Shown here: positions 43,246 to 53,831 of the stretch, piece by piece
Layout of the letters: the number at the start of each line of letters is the position of its first letter
How positions within the stretch are numbered: position 1 is the stretch's first letter
Assembly (NCBI GenBank): GCA_011774835.1
Contig: JAACAK010000067.1
Coordinates: 24,169 to 88,168 of the forward strand
Length of the DNA: 64,000 bases
DNA from: Candidatus Kutchimonas denitrificans
GTDB lineage: Bacteria; Gemmatimonadota; Gemmatimonadetes; Palauibacterales; KS3-K002
Direction: 5' to 3'
Position numbers and translations under genes: made by a program
Notes under the pieces: model-generated
Told to the model about the DNA's origin: nothing
Databases searched by the model: none
What the model saw: only the letters and a program-made list of their open reading frames with translations

Positions 43246-44685
43246 ATGAAAGTCGGCCTACAACAAAGCGTTAAACTCGGGCAGGAGCTGAGGATCAATC
43301 CACGCCTGTACCAGGCGATGGACCTGCTGTATATGCCGCTTCTCGATCTGCAGCAGCATCTCAAGCAGGAGCTGGTCCAGAACCCATTCCTCGAGATGGT
43401 GGAGCCCAGCGAGGATCCTGCCCTGGAAGAGAACGCCGAGGAGACCAAGGAGGACGAGAACGAGGTCGATTGGGAGGACATATTGCTCGACGGCCTCGAT
43501 GGCGGCGGTCGGCGCGAGGAATACGAGGAGAAGGAGTACTACGAGCCTACCGCGGTGGCGACGCGCGACCTGTACGATCACCTTCACGACCAGATCGCAC
43601 TGCTTCGGCTCGAGCCCCGCCAGGTGATGGTCGCGGAAGAGATCATCGGGAACATCGACGAGACCGGCTTCCTGACCTGTCCGTTGGAGCAGGTCGTCGA
43701 ATCACTCAACAACTTCCTGGACAGCGAAGAGGCGCGAAACGCGGGGTTCGGGGAGGAGCCTGTGTTCACGGTGGAAGAAGTCGAGGAGGTTCTGAAGATC
43801 ATACAGAACCTCGATCCCGCCGGGATCGCCGCGCGAAATCTCAGGGAGTGCCTGCTGCTCCAGTTGCGCGAGGCCGAGCTGGAAGACGGGGTCGTGTTCG
43901 ACATCGTGGACAAGCACTTCGACCAGCTGGTCAATCACCGCTGGGCGGAGATCTCGAAGGAGCTGGGTGTCAGTCCGCAGGAGGTACAGGCGGCGGCCGA
44001 CGAGATCGCGAAGCTGGACCCGAAGCCGGGCCTGCAGTATTCGAGCGGCGAGGGCAACTACATCATACCGGACCTGGTGGTGGAGAAGGTCGGTAGCGAG
44101 TACATCGTGTTCCACAACGACACGGTCTTGCCACGACTTCGCCTGTCGCGTTCGTACCGAGAGGTGGCGAGAGACAAGTCGAAGTTCAAAGGCGAGAACA
44201 AGGAGTTCATCTCCAACAAGCTCAACAACGCCAACTGGATGCTCCAGGCGATCGAGCAGCGGCGTCAGACGATGCTGAAGGTCATGAACTTCATCGTGGA
44301 CCGGCAGCGCGACTTCTTCGAGGAGGGCGTCGAGCACCTGAAGCCCCTGACCCTGCGCGAGGTCGCCGAGGTCATCAACATGCACGAGTCCACGGTCTCG
44401 CGGGTGACGAACCAGAAGTACGTGCAGACGCCGCGCGGCGTTCTTCCGCTCAAGTTCTTCTTCTCCAGCGGTCTTTCCACCGACTCCGGTGAGGACGTCT
44501 CGGCACGCGGCATCAAGGCGCGGATCGAGAAGCTGGTGGATGAGGAGGACACGAAGAAGCCCCTCACGGATCAGGCGATCGTGGACATCCTGAAGCGAGA
44601 GGGAATCAACATCGCGCGCCGCACCGTAGCGAAGTACCGCGACCAGCTGGGTATCCTTTCAGCTCGCATGCGCAAGCGAGTATGA
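43246..44685 (+). CDS. rpoN: RNA polymerase sigma-54 factor
   Basis: NPFLE, LKPLTLREVA, HESTVSR, RpoN box ARRTVAKYR. Confidence 0.98.
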   Translation: MKVGLQQSVKLGQELRINPRLYQAMDLLYMPLLDLQQHLKQELVQNPFLEMVEPSEDPALEENAEETKEDENEVDWEDILLDGLDGGGRREEYEEKEYYEPTAVATRDLYDHLHDQIALLRLEPRQVMVAEEIIGNIDETGFLTCPLEQVVESLNNFLDSEEARNAGFGEEPVFTVEEVEEVLKIIQNLDPAGIAARNLRECLLLQLREAELEDGVVFDIVDKHFDQLVNHRWAEISKELGVSPQEVQAAADEIAKLDPKPGLQYSSGEGNYIIPDLVVEKVGSEYIVFHNDTVLPRLRLSRSYREVARDKSKFKGENKEFISNKLNNANWMLQAIEQRRQTMLKVMNFIVDRQRDFFEEGVEHLKPLTLREVAEVINMHESTVSRVTNQKYVQTPRGVLPLKFFFSSGLSTDSGEDVSARGIKARIEKLVDEEDTKKPLTDQAIVDILKREGINIARRTVAKYRDQLGILSARMRKRV

Positions 44686-45668
44686 GTCGCGCCATCGCTA
44701 CCCACGAAGAGGCGCCCGCCAAGGTGGAGGTCGACGCGGAGCTCGCCGACAACTTTTCCGTCGTTATTCCCGCCTTCAACGAAAGCGACAACATCCCCGA
44801 GCTATTCCGGGAGATCGAGGCGACCTTCCGCGAGCACGGGCTGGACGGAGAGGTCATCCTGGTAGACGATGGATCGAGCGACGACTCGAGCGAACTGGCG
44901 CGCCGCGAGGGAGCCCGGTTTCGCCGCTTCAAGCTCGAGCGCCACAAGCGGAATCTGGGCAAGACGGAAGCGTTGCTCACCGGGGCCCGGGCGGCGACGA
45001 CGGACTGGCTGGTCCTGTTCGATGCGGATCTGCAGCACAGCCCGGGCGAGATCCCGCGGCTCCTGGCCGAGGCGGCGAAAGGCTACGATATCGTCTGCGG
45101 CCGCAAGGTGGGCAAGTACGAGAAGCGGTTGGTCTCCGGCATCTACAACTGGATGTCGCGCAAAGCGTTCCGCGTACCCGCGCGCGATCTCAACTCGATC
45201 AAGATCTTCCGCACCCGGGTCCTCGATGACGTACAGCTGCGGCACGATTGGCACCGATTCTTCGTGGTGCTGGCTCACGCTAAGGGCTACAAGGTCGGCG
45301 AGCTCGACGTGACCCTGCATCCTCGGCGAAGAGGGGAAACGAAATACGGCGGTTCGAGCCGCGTTTTCGTCGGCCTGCTCGACCTCGTGTCCGTCTGGTT
45401 CCTGCTGATCTTCAGCCGCAAGCCGATGCTCCTGTTCGGGTTCACCGGTCTGTTGCTGGTGGGGCTCGGGCTGTTGGTGGGGATCACAGCGATCGTTCTG
45501 CGGTTGCTGGGTCACGGCTTCCGGCCGCTGCTCACGCTGGTCGTGCTGTTGGGGATCATGGGTGTGTCGCTGTTCGGCTTCGGCTTCGTCGCCGAGCTGA
45601 TCGCGACGTTGCGGGCCGAGGTGGATGATCTGAGGGAATCGCTGCGGGAGAGCCGGAAGGACAGCTAG
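44682..45668 (+). CDS. GT2 polyprenol-phosphate glycosyltransferase (ArnC/GtrB-like) with two C-terminal TM helices
   Basis: SVVIPAFNE, VDDGSSD, DADLQH; ATGA overlap with the rpoN stop. Confidence 0.9.
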   Translation: MSRAIATHEEAPAKVEVDAELADNFSVVIPAFNESDNIPELFREIEATFREHGLDGEVILVDDGSSDDSSELARREGARFRRFKLERHKRNLGKTEALLTGARAATTDWLVLFDADLQHSPGEIPRLLAEAAKGYDIVCGRKVGKYEKRLVSGIYNWMSRKAFRVPARDLNSIKIFRTRVLDDVQLRHDWHRFFVVLAHAKGYKVGELDVTLHPRRRGETKYGGSSRVFVGLLDLVSVWFLLIFSRKPMLLFGFTGLLLVGLGLLVGITAIVLRLLGHGFRPLLTLVVLLGIMGVSLFGFGFVAELIATLRAEVDDLRESLRESRKDS

Positions 45669-45682
45669 CAGGTGGAGGAAGG

Positions 45683-47299
45683 GTGGGGGAATCTGTGGCC
45701 GCGGAAGGTCGAGACAGGCGCAGGCTGACCGGACCTCGGGCGACCTGGGGAATTCTCGCCGTTATCGTGGCGGCCCATGTGAGCGTCGCCGCGTTCGTCT
45801 TCGATCCCAAACCGTTCGTCGGCGGAGACAACGCCGGGTACCTGATCCTGGCGGAATCGATCCAGACGGGGCAGGGCTATCGTGACCTCCACCTGCCCGG
45901 TACTCCGCGTCATGCGACAAGTCCGCCCCTCTATCCCCTCGTTCTGGCCCTGGCGCGCGGGGTGGGGAGCGGGCTGCTGGGCTTCAAGGCGCTCTCCATC
46001 GTGTTTACGGCGCTTTCCGTCATACTGCTCTACTTCCTGGCGCGACGTCGGCTGGGCGCGACGGCAAGCCTGGCCGTCGCCGCCGCCTTCGCCATCAATC
46101 CGGTCCTGCTCTATTACTCGCACTGGACGCTGCCCGAACCCCTTTTCGTGCTCCTGGCCCTGGCCGCCCTCTGGTCGGCGGAGACCTCCCGGCTGCTGGG
46201 CAGGTCGGAGGAGTCGACGGATTCCGGCGTGCGACTGGCCTGGGCCGCAGGTGCCGCCGCCCTCGCCAGCCTGGCGTATCTGACCCGTGGGGGAGCGATT
46301 CCGTTAGTCCTCGCCATCCTGATCGTACTGGGGTGGCGCCGCCGTTGGCGCGCGTTGGCAGCCAGCACAATCGTCGCCGCCCTGGCGGTCGGCGGTTGGC
46401 AGGCCTGGCGGGCGCTGGCGGTGCCGCGAGAAGCCGCGGCATCCGGCGCACACCTGCTGTCGGACCCCGCGAACCCGGACAGGCTGGCGGGCCCGGGCGA
46501 GCTGGTCACACGCTTCATCGACAGCGTCCGTGTCTACCTGGTCGACCTGACCCCCCAATCGATCGCGGGGGTGCCCGTGGGAGGTGGCGTCAACCCGCTG
46601 GCCCTCATGTGCGGCCTACTGGTGATCGCGCTGGCCCTGGTGGCGTGGATCCGCGAAGTGCGGCGCGTGCGCCCGGTGGAGTTCTACGCGGCTCTCTACG
46701 CGCTCTGGTTGTTCCTGTGGCCCTGGAACGAGCGCCGCCTGCTTCTGGCTCTGCTACCCGTTCTGTACCTGCTGGCGGCGCAGGGGCTGCTCTGGTGCCT
46801 CGATTTCGCACGTTTCAAGAGCCACGCGTGGGCGGTACCGGCTTTCGCAGCGCTTCTCGTTATGGTGGGTGTTCCCCATCATGTCCGGGCGCTGAGCTTC
46901 GCCGCCGACTGCCGCCGGCTATATCGAGAAGGGGACCGCCTGGCCTGCTATCCTCCGCCGTGGCGCGGCTTCTTCCAAGCCGCGGCATGGGCGCGGGCGA
47001 ACACACCCGAAGGATCGACGATCGTCAGCCCGGAGCCGCGATTGTTCTATCTCGTTTCCGACCGCCAGGGGGACGAGTATCCCCCCACGGCCGACACGGA
47101 CTCGATGCTCGCCTTTCTCGATTCGGTCTCTGCCGACTACGTTGTGGTCGCCGCGGTAAGCCCCACGACCTTCCGGTACCTCGTACCCGTGTTGCGCGCC
47201 ATGCCCGAGAGGTTCGAACCGGTTCACGCGGAAGGCGAAGGCACCTCGGCCGCCTATCTCGTCGCGTATTTGACCGCCCGGCCGCAGGAGAGTCCCTGA
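45683..47299 (+). CDS. GT-C fold membrane glycosyltransferase (PMT/ArnT-like), paralog 1
   Basis: TM1 then GGDN.GY..LAESI.TG.GY, PPLYP, EPLF; many TM segments; periplasmic C-domain ending DYVVV. Confidence 0.75.
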   Translation: MGESVAAEGRDRRRLTGPRATWGILAVIVAAHVSVAAFVFDPKPFVGGDNAGYLILAESIQTGQGYRDLHLPGTPRHATSPPLYPLVLALARGVGSGLLGFKALSIVFTALSVILLYFLARRRLGATASLAVAAAFAINPVLLYYSHWTLPEPLFVLLALAALWSAETSRLLGRSEESTDSGVRLAWAAGAAALASLAYLTRGGAIPLVLAILIVLGWRRRWRALAASTIVAALAVGGWQAWRALAVPREAAASGAHLLSDPANPDRLAGPGELVTRFIDSVRVYLVDLTPQSIAGVPVGGGVNPLALMCGLLVIALALVAWIREVRRVRPVEFYAALYALWLFLWPWNERRLLLALLPVLYLLAAQGLLWCLDFARFKSHAWAVPAFAALLVMVGVPHHVRALSFAADCRRLYREGDRLACYPPPWRGFFQAAAWARANTPEGSTIVSPEPRLFYLVSDRQGDEYPPTADTDSMLAFLDSVSADYVVVAAVSPTTFRYLVPVLRAMPERFEPVHAEGEGTSAAYLVAYLTARPQESP

Positions 47300-47300
47300 C

Positions 47301-48455
47301 ATGCCAGACACTCCCGTCGTACTGATTCTGTTCGGCACTCGACCGGAAGCGATCAAGCTGGCACCCGTCTTCAGGGCGCTGGCCGGACGCAGCGAAGCGG
47401 TGGAGCTACGAGTGGTATCGACGGGCCAGCACGACGAGCTGCTGGAGGACGCGCTGGGGAGTTTTGACATGGAGGTTGAAGAGAGCCTGGCTATCATGCG
47501 TCCCGATCAGGACTTGTACGATATTGGCGTAGGCTGTCTCGAGGGTCTGAGGGCGACCCTGCGCCGGGTGAAGCCGGACGTGGTGGTGGTGGAGGGAGAC
47601 ACGGCGACGGTGTTTTTCGGAGCGCTCGCCGGGTTCTACGAGGGCGCCGAGGTGGCCCACGTGGAGGCGGGGCTACGGTCCGGGGATCGCCGGGCCCCCT
47701 TTCCCGAGGAGATTTATCGGAGACTCACCGATGTGCTGACGGACCATTACTTCGCGCCGACGGCGGGGGCGAAGCGGAACCTGTTGAGGGAGGGAGTAGC
47801 GGCAGAGCGGGTGAACGTAACCGGCAACACGGTGATCGATGCGGTCCAGGCGCTGGCGGGCCAGCGGCGGCCGATCGACAACGCCGAGTTGAAGCGATGC
47901 ATCGAGTCGGGACGTCGTCTGGTCTTGATCACGGCGCATCGGCGTGAGTCGTTTGGTGAGCCGATCCGGGAGGCTTTCGGTGCGCTCCGGACGCTGGCGG
48001 AAGAGCATCCCGATGACCTGTTCGTTTATCCGGTGCACCCGAACCCGAACGTGAGGCAGCCGGCGCAGGAGATGCTGGGGGGCGTGTCGAACGTGAGGCT
48101 CCTGGAGCCGCTGTCGTATTCCGACCTGGTGCAGGTGCTGTCGGCGGCATGGATCACGATAACGGATTCGGGCGGCATCCAGGAGGAGGCGCCTTCGTTT
48201 GGCGTACCGGTCCTGGTGATGCGGGAGGTGACCGAGCGTCCTGAAGGGGTCGAACTGGGCGTCGCCGAGCTGGTGGGTACATCCCGGGATCGAATACTCG
48301 AACGGGGAGGCGCGCTGTTGGACGACGACGGGGAGCGGGCGCGCATGGCCACAGCCGGGAATCCGTACGGTGACGGTCAGGCGGGAGCGCGGATCGCCGA
48401 CATCCTGTTGCACCGAATCTTGGGAACGCGGCGGCTCACGGAGGATTGGGCCTGA
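47301..48455 (+). CDS. wecB: UDP-N-acetylglucosamine 2-epimerase (non-hydrolysing)
   Basis: FGTRPEAIKLAP, TGQH, HVEAGLRS, TDSGGIQEEAP, NPYGDG. Confidence 0.96.
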   Translation: MPDTPVVLILFGTRPEAIKLAPVFRALAGRSEAVELRVVSTGQHDELLEDALGSFDMEVEESLAIMRPDQDLYDIGVGCLEGLRATLRRVKPDVVVVEGDTATVFFGALAGFYEGAEVAHVEAGLRSGDRRAPFPEEIYRRLTDVLTDHYFAPTAGAKRNLLREGVAAERVNVTGNTVIDAVQALAGQRRPIDNAELKRCIESGRRLVLITAHRRESFGEPIREAFGALRTLAEEHPDDLFVYPVHPNPNVRQPAQEMLGGVSNVRLLEPLSYSDLVQVLSAAWITITDSGGIQEEAPSFGVPVLVMREVTERPEGVELGVAELVGTSRDRILERGGALLDDDGERARMATAGNPYGDGQAGARIADILLHRILGTRRLTEDWA

Positions 48456-49570
48456 ACATAGTCCTGCAGTGCCTGTACTATCCGCCCGAGGTGGGCGGAC
48501 TGGAAAGTCACGTCGCGGGTCTGGGAGAAGGGCTCGCCCGACGGGGCCACGAGGTCCGCATGCTCACGTCTCGCTCGAGGCCCGATCTGCCCAGGAGGGA
48601 GGCGCTGGCCGGGGTGCAGGTCCGGCGGGTCTGGATGCCGAGTCGGTCGCCGCTGGGCTGGCTCGCACACACGGTGGCGTCGATCTTCGCGCACGCCAAC
48701 TGGGCCCGGAGCGCGGATATCCTGCACGCCCATACCTTCGCCAGCGCCGTGCCGGGCATGATAAGCCGCAAGCGCTACGGCGCCCCTCTCGTCGTCACCC
48801 TCCATACGTCGCATTTTCTGATGCGTGCCCCCAAGCCGGGCTGGCGAGCCGTGTTTCGGCGCATCATCGAGTCGGCGGACTACTTGCTGGCCACGAGCGA
48901 GGAGATCCGGCAGGTGGCGCTGGCCATCTCTCGGCATCCGCGCTCCGAGGTGATGACCAACGCGGTGGATACCGATCGGTTCGCACCCCGCACGGGCCCC
49001 CTGGAGGGCGACAGGCGGCAGATCATCGTTCCGCGTCGCCTGTTCCCGAAGAACGGAGTCGAGTATTTCGTACGCGCTCTGCCGCTCATTGCAGCCGATC
49101 TGGATGTCGAGGCCCGGGTCGTCGGCGATGGTCCGGAGCGCGAACGGTTGACCTCGCTGGCCGCCGAGCTGGGCGTTTCCGATCGGATACGGTTCCTGGG
49201 AGCCCGCTCGAACGAGGAGATGCCCGGCCTTTTGCGCGAGGCCGAGCTCGCGGTCATCCCGTCGCTGATTGAGGCGACGTCTATCGCGGCCCTGGAAGCG
49301 ATGTCGTGCGGCTTACCGGTGGCGGCCTCGGCTGTGGGCGGCTTACCCGAGATCATCGACGAGAGGGTCGGGTCGCTGTTCGAGCCGGCGAACCCGCAGG
49401 CTCTGGCGGACGCGGTGGCGAGCCTGCTCCGTCGCCCGGATCTGCGCGATCTGGGTGCCGAGGGCAGACGGCGCGTGGTGGCCAACTGGAGCCTCGATCG
49501 CATGGTCGAACGTCATCTGGAGATCTACAACGAGCTGATCGATGAAGCGAAAGCGAAAGAACAGGGGTAA
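48446..49570 (+). CDS. GT4 family glycosyltransferase
   Basis: YYPPEVGG, KNGV, VGDGP, EATSIAALEAMSCGLPV (EX7E). Confidence 0.92.
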   Translation: MGLNIVLQCLYYPPEVGGLESHVAGLGEGLARRGHEVRMLTSRSRPDLPRREALAGVQVRRVWMPSRSPLGWLAHTVASIFAHANWARSADILHAHTFASAVPGMISRKRYGAPLVVTLHTSHFLMRAPKPGWRAVFRRIIESADYLLATSEEIRQVALAISRHPRSEVMTNAVDTDRFAPRTGPLEGDRRQIIVPRRLFPKNGVEYFVRALPLIAADLDVEARVVGDGPERERLTSLAAELGVSDRIRFLGARSNEEMPGLLREAELAVIPSLIEATSIAALEAMSCGLPVAASAVGGLPEIIDERVGSLFEPANPQALADAVASLLRRPDLRDLGAEGRRRVVANWSLDRMVERHLEIYNELIDEAKAKEQG

Positions 49571-51983
49571 CGAGGCGGCGGCGACCCCGACGGCCGCCGG
49601 GGGCTCCATCGGGGAAGAGGGGTGGCTGCCGCGCTGGGCGCCCTGGGTCGCCTTCGGAGTGATCGTTGCGTTTCTCTTCCGGGAGTTCATCGTCTCCCGC
49701 GGCATGCTGTTCGGCACGGACGTGGCCGCGCTCGGCTATTTCGCCCGGCACTTCTACGCCGAGATGATGAGAGCGGGCACTTTCCCGCAGTGGAACCCTC
49801 TCCTGTTCGGCGGCCTTCCGTTCGTCGACGCGATGCACGGCGACATCTTCTATCCGACGACCGTGCTCAAGTTCATCATGCCGGTGCACCGGGCGATGGG
49901 CTGGAAGCTCGTGCTGCACATCTTCCTGGCCGGCGCTTTCACCTACGGCTGGCTGCGCCATCTGCGGATCAGCCGATCGGTCTCGGTCTGGGGCGGCATC
50001 GCGTACATGCTGGCTCCGGTCATGGTCACGCTGGTGTACCCGGGGCACGACGGCAGGCTGTTCGTCTCGGCGCTGACGCCGCTCGCGCTGTGGGCCACGG
50101 ACTGGGCCGTGACCCGGGGCGGCGCCTGGCGGTTCGCCCTGCTGGCGTTCGCGGTCGCCCTGCTGATCTTCACCGCCCACATGCAGCTGGGCTACTACAC
50201 GACCTGGGCGATGTTCGTCCTGGCTGTGTACCGGGTGATCGAGATGCGCCGGGCTGGCACGTCGGCCGGCGTTCTGGCGGGGCGATTCACCGGCTTCGCC
50301 ACCGCCGGAATCGTCGGGGCGCTGTTGATCGGCGCGGTACAGCTGTGGGCCCCGCTTCGCTACCTGACGACGTACTCGCAGCGGGTGGAGAAAACGATCG
50401 AGGCCGAGGAGGAGTCGGCTTACGCACGGGCGACCTCGTGGTCGCTGCATCCCGAGGAGGCGTTTTCGCTCGTCGTTCCGGAGTTCGTCGGCGCCAACGT
50501 CCAGACCGGCGAAGGCGCTGTGAACACGTACTGGGGCAGAAACGCCTTCAAGTTGAACCACGAGTACGGGGGTTTCATCCCGCTGTTGCTGCTACCCCTG
50601 GCGTTCTTCAGCCGGCGCCGACGCGGCGAGGCCTGGTTGTTCACCGGCATCGCCATCGGCTGTCTGATCTACGCCCTCGGATCGACGACACCGCTCTTCT
50701 ACCTCTTCTACTGGCTCGTTCCCGGCGTGAAGCTCTTTCGGGCGCCCAGCAGCATCATGTTCGTCTTCGCCATCGCGGTGATCACGGCGGCGGCGATCGG
50801 GCTCGACGGCATGGAGCGAGCCGAGGAGCGGGCGGAGAAGGCACGGCGGGCGGGCCTCTACCTATGGGGGGCCGCAGGGGTGTTCCTCTTGCTGGCGTTG
50901 CTCGGATCGACGGGTGTGCTCACCGACCTGTGGGTGTCGATCCTCTACAGCGACATCAGCCAGGCCAAGGTTGCCGCGCTGGACGCCAACCTGCCGAACA
51001 TCCAGCGGGGTCTATGGATCACCCTACTGTTGAGCGGGCTGGTCGCCGGGGCCTGGCATCTCTACCGCCGCGGCCAGATCCCGAGGCCCGCCTGGATCCT
51101 CGTCCTCGCGCTGCTGGCGGTTCTCGACCCACTGCGGGTCGATCCGCAGTTCATCCAGGTCGTGGCGCCGGGACGGATCTACCCTCGGGACGACGTCACC
51201 GACTACATGGTCGGGCAACAGAGAGAGGCGGAGCCGTTTCGCGTCTTCGCCGTAGGGGGAACCGGTTACCAGACGAACCACTTCGCCTTCTTCGGACTCG
51301 AGGAGGTGACGGGGCATCACGGCAACGAGATCGGTCGTTACCTGGAGCTGGTGGACTTTCAGCGACACGGCGGACAAGCGATACGTATCGTGCGGCTCCT
51401 GAACGCGCGTTACCTGGTAAGCGGCGCGCCGATCCAGGCGCCGGGACTGATCGAGGCCTATCGAGGTCAGCGGGCCATCGTGTATCAGATGATCGGAGCG
51501 TTCCCCCGGGCTTTTCTCGTACCGAACTATGAAGTCGCCGCGGATACCGCCGCCCTGGAGCGGCTGCTCGATCCGGGGTTCGATCCGGCTCGGAACGTCG
51601 TGCTAGAGCAAACCCCCGAGCTCCAGCCTGCGCCTGACGCCCGTGGCAGCGTCCGCTGGCTGGAGCGGGGGATCAACAGCCAGGCGCTGGAGACCGAGAG
51701 CACCGGTCCGATGATATTGGTGGTCACCGAGAACTACTACCCGGCCTGGCAGGTGGAGATCGACGGGACACCGGCGGACCTGCTGCGCGCCGATCACACG
51801 CTCCGGGCCGTCGCGGTCCCGGCGGGCACGCATCGAATTCGCTTCTTCTACCGATCGCCCCTGTATCGGGCCGCCGCCCTGACAACGCTCGGGGCCACGT
51901 TGCTGGCGCTGGCAGTGGTCGTGGTGACGCTCGTCCGCCAGCGGCGCGCCGCGGGAGGCTCCACGCCAGCGGGGAGCCCGTAA
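49542..51983 (+). CDS. YfhO-family multi-TM GT-C glycosyltransferase
   Basis: PQWNPLLFGGLP, FRAP, large periplasmic domain with LVVTENYYPAWQVEIDG..LRAVAVPAGTH, terminal TM. Confidence 0.85.
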   Translation: MKRKRKNRGNEAAATPTAAGGSIGEEGWLPRWAPWVAFGVIVAFLFREFIVSRGMLFGTDVAALGYFARHFYAEMMRAGTFPQWNPLLFGGLPFVDAMHGDIFYPTTVLKFIMPVHRAMGWKLVLHIFLAGAFTYGWLRHLRISRSVSVWGGIAYMLAPVMVTLVYPGHDGRLFVSALTPLALWATDWAVTRGGAWRFALLAFAVALLIFTAHMQLGYYTTWAMFVLAVYRVIEMRRAGTSAGVLAGRFTGFATAGIVGALLIGAVQLWAPLRYLTTYSQRVEKTIEAEEESAYARATSWSLHPEEAFSLVVPEFVGANVQTGEGAVNTYWGRNAFKLNHEYGGFIPLLLLPLAFFSRRRRGEAWLFTGIAIGCLIYALGSTTPLFYLFYWLVPGVKLFRAPSSIMFVFAIAVITAAAIGLDGMERAEERAEKARRAGLYLWGAAGVFLLLALLGSTGVLTDLWVSILYSDISQAKVAALDANLPNIQRGLWITLLLSGLVAGAWHLYRRGQIPRPAWILVLALLAVLDPLRVDPQFIQVVAPGRIYPRDDVTDYMVGQQREAEPFRVFAVGGTGYQTNHFAFFGLEEVTGHHGNEIGRYLELVDFQRHGGQAIRIVRLLNARYLVSGAPIQAPGLIEAYRGQRAIVYQMIGAFPRAFLVPNYEVAADTAALERLLDPGFDPARNVVLEQTPELQPAPDARGSVRWLERGINSQALETESTGPMILVVTENYYPAWQVEIDGTPADLLRADHTLRAVAVPAGTHRIRFFYRSPLYRAAALTTLGATLLALAVVVVTLVRQRRAAGGSTPAGSP

Positions 51984-51984
51984 C

Positions 51985-52956
51985 GTGGATGAGCGTGTCC
52001 GGCGCGGGGCAGGGTGGGCCCTCCGCCTCGCCCTCACCCTGCTGGTCACCTATTTCATCTTTCGGTCGCTCCGCGTTTCGTGGGCCGAGCTGGCGGAGAC
52101 GGATCTGGCCCGTTGGCAACCGGCCATCGCGCCGCTCGCCGCCTCCCTGGCTGCGCTCCTCTTCGTCTTCGCCTACCTGGTCGCGCTCTGGGCTCGTATG
52201 GTGACCGGTCTCGGTGGACCGGTGCTGCGTCTGGGTGCGGCGATTCGCATTTTCTTTCTGGCAAACCTGGGCCGCTACATACCAGGCAAGGTCTGGCAGC
52301 TGGCGGGGCTCACGTATCTGGCGGGGAAGAGGGGTGTCAGCATTCCCATCGCCTCGTCATCAGCGGTGCTGAGCCAGGTCTATTCGCTGGGCGCCGCGGC
52401 CGCCGTGGCCGCAATCGGGCTGCTGTTGACTGGAGTGGCACAGCTGCCAGCCGGAACCGTTCCGTTCGCGGTGGCGCTGGCGGCGGCGGTGATCGCGGTG
52501 ACGACCGTACCTCCCGTTCTGCGTCTGCTGCTGCGGTTGGTCTTCCGGTTCAGCCGTCGGGGCGAGCTCGCGCCCGACCTCGACAGGTGGTTCGGCTTTC
52601 GCTGGCTGTTCGCCTACCTGCCGGGGTGGATCGGCTACGGTCTCGCGTTCCTGCTGCTTTGCGAATCGTTTCCGAACCTGCCGCCCGTTGCGCCGCTGGC
52701 GGCGATCGGTAGTTTCGCGGGGGCCTATTTTCTGGGTTACGCTGCCGTATTCGCGCCGGCGGGCGTGGGCGTGCGGGAAGGCGCCCTCGCCTTTCTGCTC
52801 GCGCCGGCCCTGGGCGCGGCCGAGGCGACCGTCCTGGCCGTTTTCGCGCGCGTTTGGATGACGGTCGCGGAACTGGGACCGGCCGCATGGGCGGGGATCC
52901 ATACGGTCCTCGGGGCGGAGGAAGGCGAGAGCGAGACACGAGAGCATGGCAGCTGA
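51985..52956 (+). CDS. UPF0104 / lysylphosphatidylglycerol-synthase-TM family putative flippase
   Basis: NLGRYIPG and APAGVGVREG motifs, about 8 TM segments. Confidence 0.8.
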   Translation: MDERVRRGAGWALRLALTLLVTYFIFRSLRVSWAELAETDLARWQPAIAPLAASLAALLFVFAYLVALWARMVTGLGGPVLRLGAAIRIFFLANLGRYIPGKVWQLAGLTYLAGKRGVSIPIASSSAVLSQVYSLGAAAAVAAIGLLLTGVAQLPAGTVPFAVALAAAVIAVTTVPPVLRLLLRLVFRFSRRGELAPDLDRWFGFRWLFAYLPGWIGYGLAFLLLCESFPNLPPVAPLAAIGSFAGAYFLGYAAVFAPAGVGVREGALAFLLAPALGAAEATVLAVFARVWMTVAELGPAAWAGIHTVLGAEEGESETREHGS

Positions 52957-53674
52957 GTACGGTCGCACACTGGTCGTGATGCCCACGTACAACGAGAAGG
53001 AGAACCTTCCGATCGTCGTACCGCGCGTATTGGCGCAGCAGCACGAGATCGAGGTGCTGATCGTCGATGACAATTCGCCAGACGGGACAGGAGAGGTCGC
53101 GGACCAGATGGCGGGGCGCGACGATCGGATCCACGTCATGCATCGACCGGGCAAGCTGGGGCTGGGCACGGCCTACATCGCGGGGTTCAAGTGGGCGCTG
53201 GAGCGCGACTACGAGTACGTGTTCGAGATGGACTCGGATTTCTCTCACAACCCGGATCACATCCCCGAGTTCCTGGAGGCGGCCCAGGAATACGACCTGG
53301 TGCTCGGCTCGCGCTATTTGCGGGGTGTCACCGTGATCAACTGGCCCATGTCGCGTCTTCTGCTCAGCTACTTCGCCAATAAGTACGCGCGCATCGTGAC
53401 CGGATTGCCCTTCAGCGACACGACGGGCGGCTTCAAGTGCTACCGCCGGGAGGTCCTGGAGGAGATCGACCTCGACAAGATCACGTCCGAAGGGTACTCG
53501 TTCCAGATCGAGACGACGTTCCGGGCCTGGCGCAGAGGCTTCAAGGTCGGTGAGATCACCATCGTCTTCAGCGACCGGACCGAGGGCGCCAGCAAGATGA
53601 GCGGCCGCATCATCCGGGAGGCGGTGTGGAAGGTGTGGTGGCTGCGGCTGCTTCGGATCTTCCGCAGGATTTGA
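52946..53674 (+). CDS. Polyprenol-monophosphomannose synthase (Ppm1/DPM1-like GT2)
   Basis: VMPTYNEKENL, VDDNSPDGTG, GKLGLGTAY, MDSDFSH, GYSFQIE, GASKMS. Confidence 0.9.
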   Translation: MAAEYGRTLVVMPTYNEKENLPIVVPRVLAQQHEIEVLIVDDNSPDGTGEVADQMAGRDDRIHVMHRPGKLGLGTAYIAGFKWALERDYEYVFEMDSDFSHNPDHIPEFLEAAQEYDLVLGSRYLRGVTVINWPMSRLLLSYFANKYARIVTGLPFSDTTGGFKCYRREVLEEIDLDKITSEGYSFQIETTFRAWRRGFKVGEITIVFSDRTEGASKMSGRIIREAVWKVWWLRLLRIFRRI

Positions 53675-53715
53675 GTCACCCGCAGTAGCACGATCAGGTT
53701 GATCTCCGCAATCCA

Positions 53716-53831
53716 GCCCGTAAGGACGTAATCGGACCACGCCCTCCGGGGTAGCAGTGGAAGCGCGAACCGTTAAGTTAGGGCTTCAAAAATGCAGCCC
53801 TTAATCCACACTCCGACAACCACCTACGGGC
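53716..53831. other. Structured intergenic segment / palindromic operator candidate
   Basis: Nested complementary segments plus AGGGCTTCA-AAAA-TGCAGCCCT (53780-53801). Confidence 0.4.

Noticed and set aside
53748..53784. GGGGTAGCAGTG...GTTAAGTTAGGG resembling ops/JUMPStart
   Set aside because: Lacks the GGCGGTAG core and the spacing does not fit
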